Positions 9,531-19,242 of a stretch of 64,000 bases of DNA are shown piece by piece. Positions within the stretch are counted from its first letter, which is position 1. Every line of letters begins with the position of its first letter. The notes below the pieces were generated by a model, which was not told the origin of the DNA, did no database searches, and saw only the letters and a program-made list of their open reading frames with translations. The stretch is from Candidatus Cloacimonadales bacterium. GTDB taxonomy: Bacteria > Cloacimonadota > Cloacimonadia > Cloacimonadales > JAIOQZ01. The position numbers and the translations under genes were made by a program. Location: NCBI GenBank assembly GCA_963662655.2, contig CAXXTU010000002.1:800001-864000 (forward strand), read 5' to 3'.

Positions 9531-10991
9531 TCAGTCCCTTCTAACCTGCCGGATCGTCTCGCCCCGCGAATCGTGGACATTCACCACCAGCGGCATCTTC
9601 CCCGGCAGGGAGTGCGTCGCGCAGGCCATGCACGGGTCGTACGGACGGAACGCCATTTCGACCATGTTCAATAGTTCGTCGTTGATCACCCCGTCGCGGA
9701 TCAGCATCTTCGCGGCCTTCGCGATCGACATCGACATCGCCGCGGAGTTGTTCACCGTTGCGACGATCAGATTTGCGGCTACGATGATGCCTTTCGGATC
9801 GGTTTTGTAGTGGTGGATGAGGGTGCCGCGCGCGGCTTCGACAATACCAACGCCTTCCGTCGGCGTTTCGGTGGGAAGGTTGCGGATGTCGGGCGAGGTG
9901 ATTGCGGGGTTGCTCAGGAGCCGCACCATGTCCTCCGCCGACTGCATTACTTCTACCAGCCGTGCCCAGTGGAACGCCAGCGTATAGTGCGAGGGCTTGC
10001 CGCCGAGTATCTCGTACATGCGCTCGTATTCCGCCTGCGCCAGCGGCGTCGCCATGCCGTCGGAAGCGTTGAGTCGGGCAAGCGGCGCCACACGATAGAC
10101 GCTGCTCTCCTTGCCGTCGATAAAGCCCTGCCAGCCGATCTTCTTGAGGAATGGGAACTTCATGTAGCTCCAGGGCTCCACGTGCTCCGCAATGTGATCG
10201 AGGTACTCGCCGGGTGTGAATTTCGCGTACTCTTTACCCTCCGGATCGACCACCCGCACATCTCCATCGTAAAAGTTGACCTTGTTATTCTTGTCGACCA
10301 GCCCCATATAGTAGGTCTCGTGCTTGTAGATGTCGCCTACGATCAAATCGACGTAGGTCTTGTTGTTCAGCACGATGTCCTCAAAAATCTTCAGCGTGAA
10401 TTTAGTGAATTCCTCCGCTTCCTGTGCCGTTTTCAGGAACTCAAGACGCTTTTCCTCGGTCAGCGGCTTCGACACACCACCGGGGAGTCCGCCCACCGGG
10501 TGGATGATGCGGCCGAACAGGTGCTGCACCATGTCGCGCACTCTTCTGCGAATGGCAATGACCTGTCCGCCGATCTCCAGCCCTACCTTGCCGATCACCC
10601 CGAGGATGTTCCGTTCCGCCTTGGGCGCGCCGGGCGTCACCACGAAGTCTGGTCCGCCCAGGAAGAAGAAGTGCAGCATGTGATCTTCGAAAATGTAGGC
10701 GTTGTAAACCAGGTTGCGCAGCATGAGCGCGGTGTCGGTCGGTTTGACTTTGTAAACGGCGTCGGCAGCCTTGGTGGAAGCCATGTGGTGCGCCATCGGG
10801 CATACACCGCATATTCTCGGCGTGATGCGCGGCATCTCTTCGACGGGTCTGCCCACGCAGAACTGCTCGAAACCCTTCAGCTCCGGGATTTGCAGGTAGG
10901 CGTTGCTGACATTGCCGTTGTCGTCCAGGAAGATTTCGATCTTACCGTGTCCTTCAAGCCGTGTGATGGGATCGATAGTGACGGTTTTCAT
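9531..10991 (-). CDS. mvhA: F420-non-reducing (group 3c-type) [NiFe]-hydrogenase large subunit
   Basis: DPITRLEGH, PRICGVC and DPCMACATH Ni-binding motifs followed by a cleavable C-terminal tail. Confidence 0.93.
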   Translation of the reverse strand: MKTVTIDPITRLEGHGKIEIFLDDNGNVSNAYLQIPELKGFEQFCVGRPVEEMPRITPRICGVCPMAHHMASTKAADAVYKVKPTDTALMLRNLVYNAYIFEDHMLHFFFLGGPDFVVTPGAPKAERNILGVIGKVGLEIGGQVIAIRRRVRDMVQHLFGRIIHPVGGLPGGVSKPLTEEKRLEFLKTAQEAEEFTKFTLKIFEDIVLNNKTYVDLIVGDIYKHETYYMGLVDKNNKVNFYDGDVRVVDPEGKEYAKFTPGEYLDHIAEHVEPWSYMKFPFLKKIGWQGFIDGKESSVYRVAPLARLNASDGMATPLAQAEYERMYEILGGKPSHYTLAFHWARLVEVMQSAEDMVRLLSNPAITSPDIRNLPTETPTEGVGIVEAARGTLIHHYKTDPKGIIVAANLIVATVNNSAAMSMSIAKAAKMLIRDGVINDELLNMVEMAFRPYDPCMACATHSLPGKMPLVVNVHDSRGETIRQVRRD

Positions 10992-12004
10992 ACGTGCTCC
11001 TTGTTGATTTGCGGCATAACTCTCCTTCCCAGCAGCGATTTCGCAAGGGAGAAACGGTAGAACGTTCCCGCCGGATCGACGATGCTGTCCATGAGCTTCT
11101 TCGTCCTGGCTTCCGGAATCTCCTCTTCCCCATCCAGTCCGGCGATCGAGCCGATAGCGGAGATCATCTTTGCGCCGACGTCGATCACGCCATCGATCGG
11201 ACCATAGCAGCCGCGACAGGGCATGTTCGCCTTGATGCAGCGTCCTTCGCCGTCATCGCCGCAACCGGAGCGCGTCACCGGCCCCATGCAGATTACGCCC
11301 TGGGTCAGGAAGCACTTTTCCGGATCGAGCATCACCTCGGACACTCGTTTGAATTCGTTGATCGAAATCTTGTCCGGCTTGGTGTCGTTGCGCGGACAGG
11401 TATCGCAGAGCGCTTTGGTCGGCCCGAGCACGGAGCCTTTTTCGGGGAGATCTCCGCGCAGAATACTCATGATCGCGTTCATGGTCAGGTGCGGCGCGGG
11501 TGAGCATCCGGGCAGATAGTAATCGACCTCGATCACCTGGTCGGTCGTCTTGACGTCGTCGTGGAACCCGGGCAGCGTCAGTTTTCCCTCCGGCACCTCG
11601 CATTCTGTCTGCGGCACGGTCTTTTGGGGATTATCGATGGACGGGCATTTGTCCAGATACGAGCTTCGGAAGATGGTCTCCCGATCCCAGAAATTGCCCA
11701 GCCCGGGGATGCCGCCGATCTGAGAGCAAGCGCCGAACGATACGATGAGCTGCGCCTTCTGGCGCAGCAACTTCGCCATGTGTGCCTGCTCGTCCGTACG
11801 GATGGCGCCGTTGATAAAGCAGACCGCCATCTCGCCGTCTTTCATCGCCTCCACGTCCGAGTATTTGAAGTCCATCGCGCAGGGCCAGAAGACGATATCG
11901 ACCTTCGCCACCACGTCCAGTATCTTCTCGTGCAGGTCAACGATCGCTTCCTCGCAGCCGCCGCAGGAAGCACACCAGTAAAAACCGATTTTCGGTTTGT
12001 TCAT
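10988..12004 (-). CDS. mvhG: [NiFe]-hydrogenase small subunit
   Basis: WCASCGGCEE, FGAC, LPGCSP, CDTCPR, ICMGPVTRSGC, PCRGC; start set at MNKPK (12004) behind GGAGG because the longer N-terminus is translated repeat. Confidence 0.92.
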   Translation of the reverse strand: MNKPKIGFYWCASCGGCEEAIVDLHEKILDVVAKVDIVFWPCAMDFKYSDVEAMKDGEMAVCFINGAIRTDEQAHMAKLLRQKAQLIVSFGACSQIGGIPGLGNFWDRETIFRSSYLDKCPSIDNPQKTVPQTECEVPEGKLTLPGFHDDVKTTDQVIEVDYYLPGCSPAPHLTMNAIMSILRGDLPEKGSVLGPTKALCDTCPRNDTKPDKISINEFKRVSEVMLDPEKCFLTQGVICMGPVTRSGCGDDGEGRCIKANMPCRGCYGPIDGVIDVGAKMISAIGSIAGLDGEEEIPEARTKKLMDSIVDPAGTFYRFSLAKSLLGRRVMPQINKEHV

Positions 12005-12033
12005 CCAATCCTCCAGGGGTTTATCGGATGTTC

Positions 12034-12154
12034 GTTTCCTGCTGTCATCCTGAGCGTAGTCGAAGGACAAAGCAGGAAACAGAAACTGTAAGACCAGGCC
12101 TGAATTGCTTTCATATCCTTCGACTCCGCTCAGGATGACACAGAAAGCAATTCA
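12034..12154. repeat. Inverted pair of family C REP-like cores (12043-12069 +, 12116-12140 -), each with its own inverted arms
   Basis: TGTCATCCTGAGCGTAGTCGAAGGACA and TCCTTCGACTCCGCTCAGGATGACA. Confidence 0.92.
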
Positions 12155-12175
12155 TACACCGATCGCTTTGCATAA

Positions 12176-12598
12176 CTATTCCAGCTCGATCCCGACCTTT
12201 GGCATTGGACCGAGACGTCGAATTTTCTCAGTAAACTGGTTCATCGCCGTTTGGAATTTCTTGCCTTCGCTGGCCGATATCCATTCCAGATGAAACCGCT
12301 CCGGGTCGATGCCAAGCTGCTCCAGCGTCCTCTTGAGCAACATACTCTTGCGCAATGTTTTGTAGTTCCCGGACTGATAATGGCAGTCCCCTGGGTGGCA
12401 TCCGCCGATGAACACACCGTCACAGCCTTCCTTGAACGCCATGAGGATGTGCTGCGGATCGACGCGCGACGAGCACAGCGTCTTGATCGCGATCCCGTTG
12501 GGCGGGTACTTCAGTCGTGACGTTCCGGCAAGATCAGCACCGGCGTACGTACACCACTGGCAGAGAAAACAGACGATTTTCGGTTCGAATTTTTCCAT
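12176..12598 (-). CDS. mvhD: Hydrogenase iron-sulfur subunit (MvhD/FlpD family)
   Basis: FLCQWCTYAGADLAG, CSSRVDP, GGCHPGDCHY, WISASEG. Confidence 0.95.
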   Translation of the reverse strand: MEKFEPKIVCFLCQWCTYAGADLAGTSRLKYPPNGIAIKTLCSSRVDPQHILMAFKEGCDGVFIGGCHPGDCHYQSGNYKTLRKSMLLKRTLEQLGIDPERFHLEWISASEGKKFQTAMNQFTEKIRRLGPMPKVGIELE

Positions 12599-12623
12599 AT
12601 TGCACCCTTTACGATCCTTTACA

Positions 12624-12735
12624 GGTTTGATTGTCATCCTGAGCGGAGTCGAAGGATAAAATCAAACCATCCTGATCCATTATTCAGTCCTCACTTCTTG
12701 TGTTCCTTCGACTCCGCTCAGGATGACACAAGAAG
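12624..12735. repeat. Inverted pair of family C cores (12632-12656 +, 12704-12728 -)
   Basis: Same 25-bp core; arms GGTTTGATT/AATCAAACC and CTTCTTGTGT/ACACAAGAAG. Confidence 0.92.
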
Positions 12736-12749
12736 CTTACGACAAGAAG

Positions 12750-14720
12750 CTATATCTCCGAACTGATACTATGACTCGCGATGATGTGAATCATGTTCTC
12801 GATCTGCATGTCGGTCAGATTCTTCTGCTGCGCGGCCCCGGACGGGCAGCCGCTGATGCAGGCACCGCAGCCTTCGCAGAGAATCTCGTTCACCACCACC
12901 ACGCCCAGACGCGGATCCTTCTCCCTTGCGCCGTACGGGCACAAGCCGATGCATATTCCGCAGCCGGAGCAGTGGTCTTGATCGACCGTCGCCACGATCG
13001 GCGAGTGCTGTATTTCGTCGTGCGACAGCAGCGCCAGCACCTTCGCGGCGGTTCCGGACGCCTGCGAGACGGAATCGGGAATATCCTTCGGGCCCTGACA
13101 CGAACCCGCCAGGAAGAATCCCGCCTGGAGGCTCTCCACCGGTCTGAGCTTCGGATGCGCCTCGGTGAAGAATCCGGCGCTGTCCGAGCTGATCTTGAGC
13201 TCGTGGATCAGCTTGTCGGTGCCGTAGCTGGGCACCACGCCCATCGAGAGCACCACCAGATCGGCGTCTACCTCGATGCGCTTGCTGGACAGCGTGTCGA
13301 TCCCGAAGACGCGAAGCTGATCGCCGTGCGGGTAGATGCGAGCCACCTTGCCGCGCACATAGACCACCTCCTCCTCGGAAACCGCCTGCTGCACGAACTC
13401 CTCGTACCGCTTTCCGCCGGCCCTGATATCGATGTAGAACACGTACGGCTGACCGTCGTGAACCTTGTGTTTGTATAGTTTGGCATGCTTGAGCGTGTAC
13501 ATACAGCAGAATTTCGAGCAGTACGGCAGGTGCCTCTCCGGATCGCGCGAGCCGGAGCACTGCACAAAGACGATCTCCTTGGGAACCTTGCCGTCGGACG
13601 GTCTTCGTACCTCGCCATGCGTCGGTCCGGTAGCCGACAGAATCCGCTCGAATTGCAAGCTCGTGATTACGTCCGGGTATTTGCCATAGCCGTATTCCGC
13701 AATTTTCTCGATCGGATAGAGATCGTAGCCTGTCGCCAGCACCACCGCGCCGACCTTCTCCCTGAAAATAGTAGGCTTGGCGTCGTAGCTGATGGCCTTG
13801 GCGTCACACTTGTCGCGGCACTTTCCGCATGCGATCGGTTCCAGACCGAGGCAGTTGTCGACGTCCAGCGTGAATGTCGCCGGAATCGCCTGCGGGAACG
13901 GCATATAGATCGCCTTTCGCCAGGCGAGTCCCTCTTCGTGTTCAGCGGGAACCAGCACCGGACAGGCGTCCGCGCAATCGCCGCACATGTTGCAAATGTC
14001 GGGATTAACGTAGAGCGCTTTCTGTTTAACCTTCACCTCGAAATTGCCGATAAAGCCCTCGATCGATTCGATCTCGCTGTTGACGTAGAGTTTGATGTTC
14101 TTGTGCTTCGCAAGCGCCACCATCTTCGGAGAAAGAATGCACTGGGAGCAATCGAGCGTCGGGAAGGTTTCCGAGAGCTGGATCATGTGACCGCCGATGG
14201 AGGGTTTCTTTTCCACCAGAATCACCTCGTAACCGCCTTCCGCGATGTCGAGCGCTGTCTGGATTCCCGCGATACCGCCTCCGATCACCATAGCTTTCTT
14301 GGTAAGCGGCGCTGTGGACGGGATCAGCGATTCGTTCAGCTTGAGCTTCTCGATAGCGGTCTTGATCACCAGGTTTGCCTTGCGCGTGGCCATCACGCGG
14401 TCGGTGTGTACCCAACTGCATTGCTCGCGGATGTTGGCGATCTCGAGCTGGTACTTGTTCAGTCCCGATTCTTCGAGCACGTTCTGGAAGGTCGATTCGT
14501 GAAGCACGGGTGAGCAGGCGGCAACGACAATTCCCTCCAGGAATTTATCCTGAATCGCCTGCTTGATGCGGTTCTGACCCGGATCGGAGCAGAGGAACAT
14601 GTAGTTCTCGACGTGCTCGACGCCGGGGTAATTGGCGATCTGACGGGTGAGCTTCTCGACATCGACAATCTCACCGATGTTCACGCCGCAATGGCATATG
14701 AATACGCCGATCTTCTTCAT
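12750..14720 (-). CDS. hdrA: Heterodisulfide reductase subunit A (flavoprotein)
   Basis: IGVFICHCG, AACSP, ANIREQCSWVH, VIGGGIAG, TFPTLDC, YCSKFCC, GFFTEAHPKLRPV; ATG 14720 overlaps the hdrB stop. Confidence 0.96.
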   Translation of the reverse strand: MKKIGVFICHCGVNIGEIVDVEKLTRQIANYPGVEHVENYMFLCSDPGQNRIKQAIQDKFLEGIVVAACSPVLHESTFQNVLEESGLNKYQLEIANIREQCSWVHTDRVMATRKANLVIKTAIEKLKLNESLIPSTAPLTKKAMVIGGGIAGIQTALDIAEGGYEVILVEKKPSIGGHMIQLSETFPTLDCSQCILSPKMVALAKHKNIKLYVNSEIESIEGFIGNFEVKVKQKALYVNPDICNMCGDCADACPVLVPAEHEEGLAWRKAIYMPFPQAIPATFTLDVDNCLGLEPIACGKCRDKCDAKAISYDAKPTIFREKVGAVVLATGYDLYPIEKIAEYGYGKYPDVITSLQFERILSATGPTHGEVRRPSDGKVPKEIVFVQCSGSRDPERHLPYCSKFCCMYTLKHAKLYKHKVHDGQPYVFYIDIRAGGKRYEEFVQQAVSEEEVVYVRGKVARIYPHGDQLRVFGIDTLSSKRIEVDADLVVLSMGVVPSYGTDKLIHELKISSDSAGFFTEAHPKLRPVESLQAGFFLAGSCQGPKDIPDSVSQASGTAAKVLALLSHDEIQHSPIVATVDQDHCSGCGICIGLCPYGAREKDPRLGVVVVNEILCEGCGACISGCPSGAAQQKNLTDMQIENMIHIIASHSISSEI

Positions 14721-15610
14721 GATCTCACCTCCGGAAGCAGACCTTTTTCGCGCAGGAGCGGTCTCGGATCGATCTCGTGCAGCTTTACCCAGTCTTCGTC
14801 CCAGCCGCCGCCCAACGCGATGGACATCAGCTCGGTGAAGTAGAAAACGGGCATGGTTCTGAACGTATGGAAGGTCTCCTGCGCCAGCTTCTGACGCTGG
14901 TCGAGGTTGAACGCGCAGAGTGGGCAGCTTGTGACGATTGTCTCGCAGCCGGTTTCCCACGCGGAATTGATCAATTCGTAGGTGCGCTTGGCGGTGACGT
15001 CCTTACGCGTGATGGTCTGGTACGCGCCACAGCATTCCAGTCGGTAGGGGAACGCGCGGCTGTCGGCTCCGAGCGCGGTGAAGAGGTCTTCGATGATGCT
15101 CGGATCCTCGAAGTCGTCGATCGCGTAGGCTTCCGGCCTGACCAGCAGGCAGCCGTAGTAGGCACCCACCTTCAGTCCCGTCAGCGCGTTGACGACCTTT
15201 TCTTTGACTTTCTCGAAGGTGATGCGGTCGCGCAGGATGGGCAGCAGGTGCGTCACCTGAACCTTTCCCGTATATTCGAGCGGTTCCTTGTACATGAACT
15301 GATTGACTTTTCGCAGGTTCTCTTTGTCCGAATCGATGAAGTCTTTCGCTCTGCGTATTGTATTGTAACACATGCTGCAAAGCACGGCGAGTTCATCGAT
15401 TCCCTGAGATTCAGCACGTAAAAGGTTTCGTATGGAAGCCAGTTGCAGCATCAGATCATCTGTCGTCTGCGAATAGACGGTACCGCAGCAAACCCAGTCC
15501 TTCATCTCGGTCATGGGCATGCCCAGTTTCTCCATTGCGCGGATTGCGGACTGCTCGAAGTGGCTCGCGTGGTTCTTCAATGTACAGCCTGGATAGTATG
15601 CAAGACTCAT
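14717..15610 (-). CDS. hdrB: Heterodisulfide reductase subunit B
   Basis: YYPGC, two CCG motifs (WVCCG, LECCG), YYGCLL, CPLCAFNL. Confidence 0.93.
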   Translation of the reverse strand: MSLAYYPGCTLKNHASHFEQSAIRAMEKLGMPMTEMKDWVCCGTVYSQTTDDLMLQLASIRNLLRAESQGIDELAVLCSMCYNTIRRAKDFIDSDKENLRKVNQFMYKEPLEYTGKVQVTHLLPILRDRITFEKVKEKVVNALTGLKVGAYYGCLLVRPEAYAIDDFEDPSIIEDLFTALGADSRAFPYRLECCGAYQTITRKDVTAKRTYELINSAWETGCETIVTSCPLCAFNLDQRQKLAQETFHTFRTMPVFYFTELMSIALGGGWDEDWVKLHEIDPRPLLREKGLLPEVRS

Positions 15611-15625
15611 ATCGTTTATCTCCTT

Positions 15626-16033
15626 CTATCCGGATAGTTTACGGAACACACTCACCAGAACGATCGGCGGTACGTCCTTGAGGTCTTCTTGGCTGACGGA
15701 TGTCGGTTCGACAACACCGATGCGCTGCCGTAGGTTGATCGTCCTCGCGGCTTCCATCACGCGCGAAACATCGATTCCCTTCGGACACCGGCTGGAGCAC
15801 TGAAGGCAGGTCGAGCAGATCCAGATCGTCTCGGACGCCAGTATCTCGTCGATCGCACCCAGTTGCGCCAGACGCAAGACCTGGTTCGGCTTGATGTCCA
15901 TGTACTCCACCACTGCGCAACCGGATGAGCAGTTTCCGCACTGGTAGCAGTCAAACACGTTCTGACCGCTCAGTTCCTGCAACTTCTGCAAGAGCGGATT
16001 GTGCATCTTCTTTCGGGATATTACATATCGCAT
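15626..16033 (-). CDS. hdrC: Heterodisulfide reductase subunit C
   Basis: CYQCGNCSSGC and IWICSTCLQCSSRCP. Confidence 0.92.
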   Translation of the reverse strand: MRYVISRKKMHNPLLQKLQELSGQNVFDCYQCGNCSSGCAVVEYMDIKPNQVLRLAQLGAIDEILASETIWICSTCLQCSSRCPKGIDVSRVMEAARTINLRQRIGVVEPTSVSQEDLKDVPPIVLVSVFRKLSG

Positions 16034-16034
16034 G

Positions 16035-16583
16035 TTACTCCCCTTTATAATGATAGCCCGTATCCAGGGCCTTCATGTTCAATTCGAGGAATTTCTTCGG
16101 CACTGATTTCGCGACCGCCTTCTTCATCGCTTCGAATGAACAGACATTCGCCTGCGCGACTGCGAAACCGAGCATCACGATATTGGCGACGATCTTCTTG
16201 CCCAGTTCCTCCGCGATTCTCGTAGCCGGAATCGCTTTGGCGTTGACGCGCGAGTGGTCTTGAAGCTCCTTCACCAAATCAGTGTCGTAAAGAAGGATTC
16301 CGCCGTCACGAAGGTGTGGGAAAAAGGTGTCGTAGCCTTCCTGCGATAGCGCCAGCAGCACGTCGGATGTATCCACCAGCGGGTAATCGACCTCGTTATC
16401 GGAGATCACAACCTGCGAACTGCACGCACCGCCACGGGCCTCGGGTCCGTACGCTTGCGTCATGGAAGCGTTCTTGCCGTCGTGGATCGACGCGGCCTCG
16501 CCCACTATATAGGATGAGAGGATGATGCCCTGTCCGCCAAAACCGCTGATCTTAACTCTAAGGTCTTTCACAGGTTCCTCCAA
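16035..16583 (-). CDS. 2-oxoacid:ferredoxin oxidoreductase gamma subunit
   Basis: SGFGGQG, QAYGPEARGG, ANIVMLG. Confidence 0.93.
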   Translation of the reverse strand: MEEPVKDLRVKISGFGGQGIILSSYIVGEAASIHDGKNASMTQAYGPEARGGACSSQVVISDNEVDYPLVDTSDVLLALSQEGYDTFFPHLRDGGILLYDTDLVKELQDHSRVNAKAIPATRIAEELGKKIVANIVMLGFAVAQANVCSFEAMKKAVAKSVPKKFLELNMKALDTGYHYKGE

Positions 16584-17422
16584 TAGACGTTTTCGCGTTC
16601 CACTTCATCGCGGATACCGATCTGGACGTTCTCCCAGAAAGTGGGCTTATCGAGGTTCACGAAGTTGCCGCAGACGATTTCGCCGCTCATATCCAGCGGA
16701 ATGGACGTCGGGTCGGCGTCGTGATCGATCACCGAGCGCTCTTTGAATTCCTTCAGCAGGTCGAGCCCGGTACCGCCTTTATTCTTGCGTGCGAACACCG
16801 TCGGGCACGGCGAAACGATCTCGATGAAACAGAAACCTCTCTTCTTCGCGGCGGTCGCGATGGAATCGGAAAGCCTGCGCACGTGCAGCGCTGTCCAACG
16901 CGCTACGTACGACGCTCCCGCTGCCGCTGCCAGTCCGCAGAGGTTGAACGGTTGCTCGTAATTGCCGTAGGGCGCAGTGGAGCTGTGCGCCATTAGCGGC
17001 GTGGTGGGAGCCGTCTGGCCGCCCGTCATGCCGTAGATGAAGTTGTTCACACAGATCACGTTGATATCCACGTTGCGCCGTGCTGCGTGGATCATGTGGT
17101 TCCCGCCGATCGCGAAGAGATCTCCGTCTCCTGAAAAGACGAACACGCTGAGATCGCGGTTGGCGAGCTTCAGACCGGTCGCGAAAGGAATCGCCCGGCC
17201 GTGCGTAGTGTGGTAGGAATCAAGGTTGATGTAACCCGCGACGCGTCCGGTGCAACCGATCCCCGAGACCACCGCGACCTTGTCGAAATCGACCTCCGCT
17301 TTTTTCAGTCCATCGATGAACGCCGTGACATCCGAGCCCAGTCCGCAGGACGAGCACCAGATATGCGGCATTCGGTCCATGCGGAGCAGATTTTCCATCG
17401 GGTGTTTAAGTGTGTTATTCAT
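16568..17422 (-). CDS. korB: 2-oxoacid (2-oxoglutarate-like):ferredoxin oxidoreductase beta subunit
   Basis: WCSSCG, SGIGCTGR, HGRA, GDGD...NN TPP motif, YGMTGGQ. Confidence 0.88.
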   Translation of the reverse strand: MNNTLKHPMENLLRMDRMPHIWCSSCGLGSDVTAFIDGLKKAEVDFDKVAVVSGIGCTGRVAGYINLDSYHTTHGRAIPFATGLKLANRDLSVFVFSGDGDLFAIGGNHMIHAARRNVDINVICVNNFIYGMTGGQTAPTTPLMAHSSTAPYGNYEQPFNLCGLAAAAGASYVARWTALHVRRLSDSIATAAKKRGFCFIEIVSPCPTVFARKNKGGTGLDLLKEFKERSVIDHDADPTSIPLDMSGEIVCGNFVNLDKPTFWENVQIGIRDEVERENVYWRNL

Positions 17423-18569
17423 AAGCCACCTCTTCTATGGCTTTGCAAACCACGTTGAAATCGTGAATTCCGCCACCCGGGTGCGGTACGGATTTGACGG
17501 ACGCCCACTTGATCGCGCACCGTTCCACCTCCAGTACCATCTGCCCCATATTCAGCTCCGGCACGACAAATCCCTTCACCTTCTGCGCCAGCTCGCGGAT
17601 TCGTTTCTCCGGGAACGGCCAGGCTGTGATCAGTCGCAATAGACCGACCTTGATCCCCTTCTTCTTCGCTTTCTCGATCGCCGGGACCACGGTTCGCGCC
17701 GTGATGCCGTACGCCACCACGATCACGTCTGCGTCTCCGGTGTCGCGCTCCTCCAGCAGGATGATGTCATCCGCCTGGTCCTTGATCTTGTTGATCAGGC
17801 GTGGAATCGATTCGAGCTGGCACTTCTCGGTCATCACCGGGTAGCCGCGTTCATCGTGCGTGAGTCCGGTGGAATGATACCGGTAACCGTCTCCGGCCTT
17901 CGCGAAATCCGGCACCATGTTCTCGCCAATCTCGTACGGCTTGTATTCTCCGGGCGACTTTGTCGTGTAGCGGCGATCGAATATCTCGATCTCCTCTACG
18001 GGCGGGACGATTACCTTCTCGGTCATGTGGCCCACGATTGCGTCGGTGAGGATGAAGACCGGCAGCCGATACTTCTCCGCGTAGTTGAAGGCGACGATGG
18101 TGAGGTCGAACATCTCCTGCGGCGATTTCGGGCAAAGCGCGATGGTCATGTAGTCCCCGTGCGATCCCCATCGGGCTTGCATCATGTCGGATTGCCCCCA
18201 CAGCGTGGGAAGTCCGGTGCTCGGTCCGCCGCGCTGAACGTTTACGATCACGCAAGGGACTTCCATCATGATCCCGAGGCCGATATTCTCCAGCTTTAGC
18301 GAGATGCCCGGCCCGGAAGTCGCCGTCATCGATTTGACTCCAGCCCAGGAAGCGCCCAGGATGCTCGCCATCGAGGCGATTTCATCCTCGAACTGGACGA
18401 ACACGCCGTCCAGAAGCGGAAGCCGGTAGGCCATGCGCTCGGCGATTTCGGAAGCGGGTGTGATCGGATAACCGCCGAAGAACCTGCATCCCGCGGATAC
18501 GGCTCCCTCAGCGCTGGCAATGTCTCCCTGCATAAAGAACTCGCCGTGTAACTTGCTTTTCTTATACAC
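17415..18569 (-). CDS. korA: 2-oxoacid (2-oxoglutarate-like):ferredoxin oxidoreductase alpha subunit
   Basis: GYPITPASE, QFEDEIA, TATSGPG, QRGGPSTGLPT; probable GTG start at 18569. Confidence 0.88.
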   Translation of the reverse strand: MYKKSKLHGEFFMQGDIASAEGAVSAGCRFFGGYPITPASEIAERMAYRLPLLDGVFVQFEDEIASMASILGASWAGVKSMTATSGPGISLKLENIGLGIMMEVPCVIVNVQRGGPSTGLPTLWGQSDMMQARWGSHGDYMTIALCPKSPQEMFDLTIVAFNYAEKYRLPVFILTDAIVGHMTEKVIVPPVEEIEIFDRRYTTKSPGEYKPYEIGENMVPDFAKAGDGYRYHSTGLTHDERGYPVMTEKCQLESIPRLINKIKDQADDIILLEERDTGDADVIVVAYGITARTVVPAIEKAKKKGIKVGLLRLITAWPFPEKRIRELAQKVKGFVVPELNMGQMVLEVERCAIKWASVKSVPHPGGGIHDFNVVCKAIEEVAYE

Positions 18570-18843
18570 GTGCACCCTCCCTTTCATTATCTGCCTGAAC
18601 GATGAAAATCGCGAAATCCGGGCAGATCATTTCACACAGTCCGCAATAGGTACATTGATCGGAACGTGTCGCTACGGGAGGATGATATCCCTTCTGATTG
18701 AACGCTGTCGAGAATTCGAGAACCTTCCTCGGGCAAAATTCAATACAGTAACCGCACCCCTTGCATCGCTCGGCCAGTATAACCACTTCGCCGGCTACTA
18801 TCTGGGGTTTCGGTCGTCCAAAAGGAGTTTCCCAATACTTCAT
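18562..18843 (-). CDS. 2[4Fe-4S] ferredoxin-like delta subunit
   Basis: CKGCGYCIEFCP, CTYCGLCEMICPDFAI. Confidence 0.92.
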   Translation of the reverse strand: MKYWETPFGRPKPQIVAGEVVILAERCKGCGYCIEFCPRKVLEFSTAFNQKGYHPPVATRSDQCTYCGLCEMICPDFAIFIVQADNEREGARV

Positions 18844-19242
18844 GAAATTCTCCTGAATAATGAGTATGCATTTTGTGATGATAACGGTGATTGTTATTCT
18901 GAATGGTCATTTTGTGAACGTTAGCGCTTTTTGGCGTGAACTGATTTCGATTTGCATGGAAACAACCCATCTGTTGAACGTTCGTTTTTGACAAAAGACA
19001 ACCTTTTTCGTTCTATTTAGTATGATTTCTAATCACTCATTCTTCAGGTCGCATATTGTGGTGAGCCGGTTCGCCCAAGCTCTTAGATCAGAGAGTTGAC
19101 GATTTTAAAGAAACTTGTCAAATTTTTTCTTTCCAAACAGAACCTGACTCAGATTCAGTTTTATACTTATCTTTAATGATTCACGTTGGTTAGATATCGT
19201 TCATTTTTCTGAAAACAATTCACTGCGATAAATTTTACCTGC

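Noticed and set aside
12005..12070. N-terminal extension MSFDYAQDD... on MvhG, and similar extensions on MvhD, HdrA, DapA, GNAT and TrmL
   Set aside because: These are translations of repeats or upstream sequence; better starts lie downstream.
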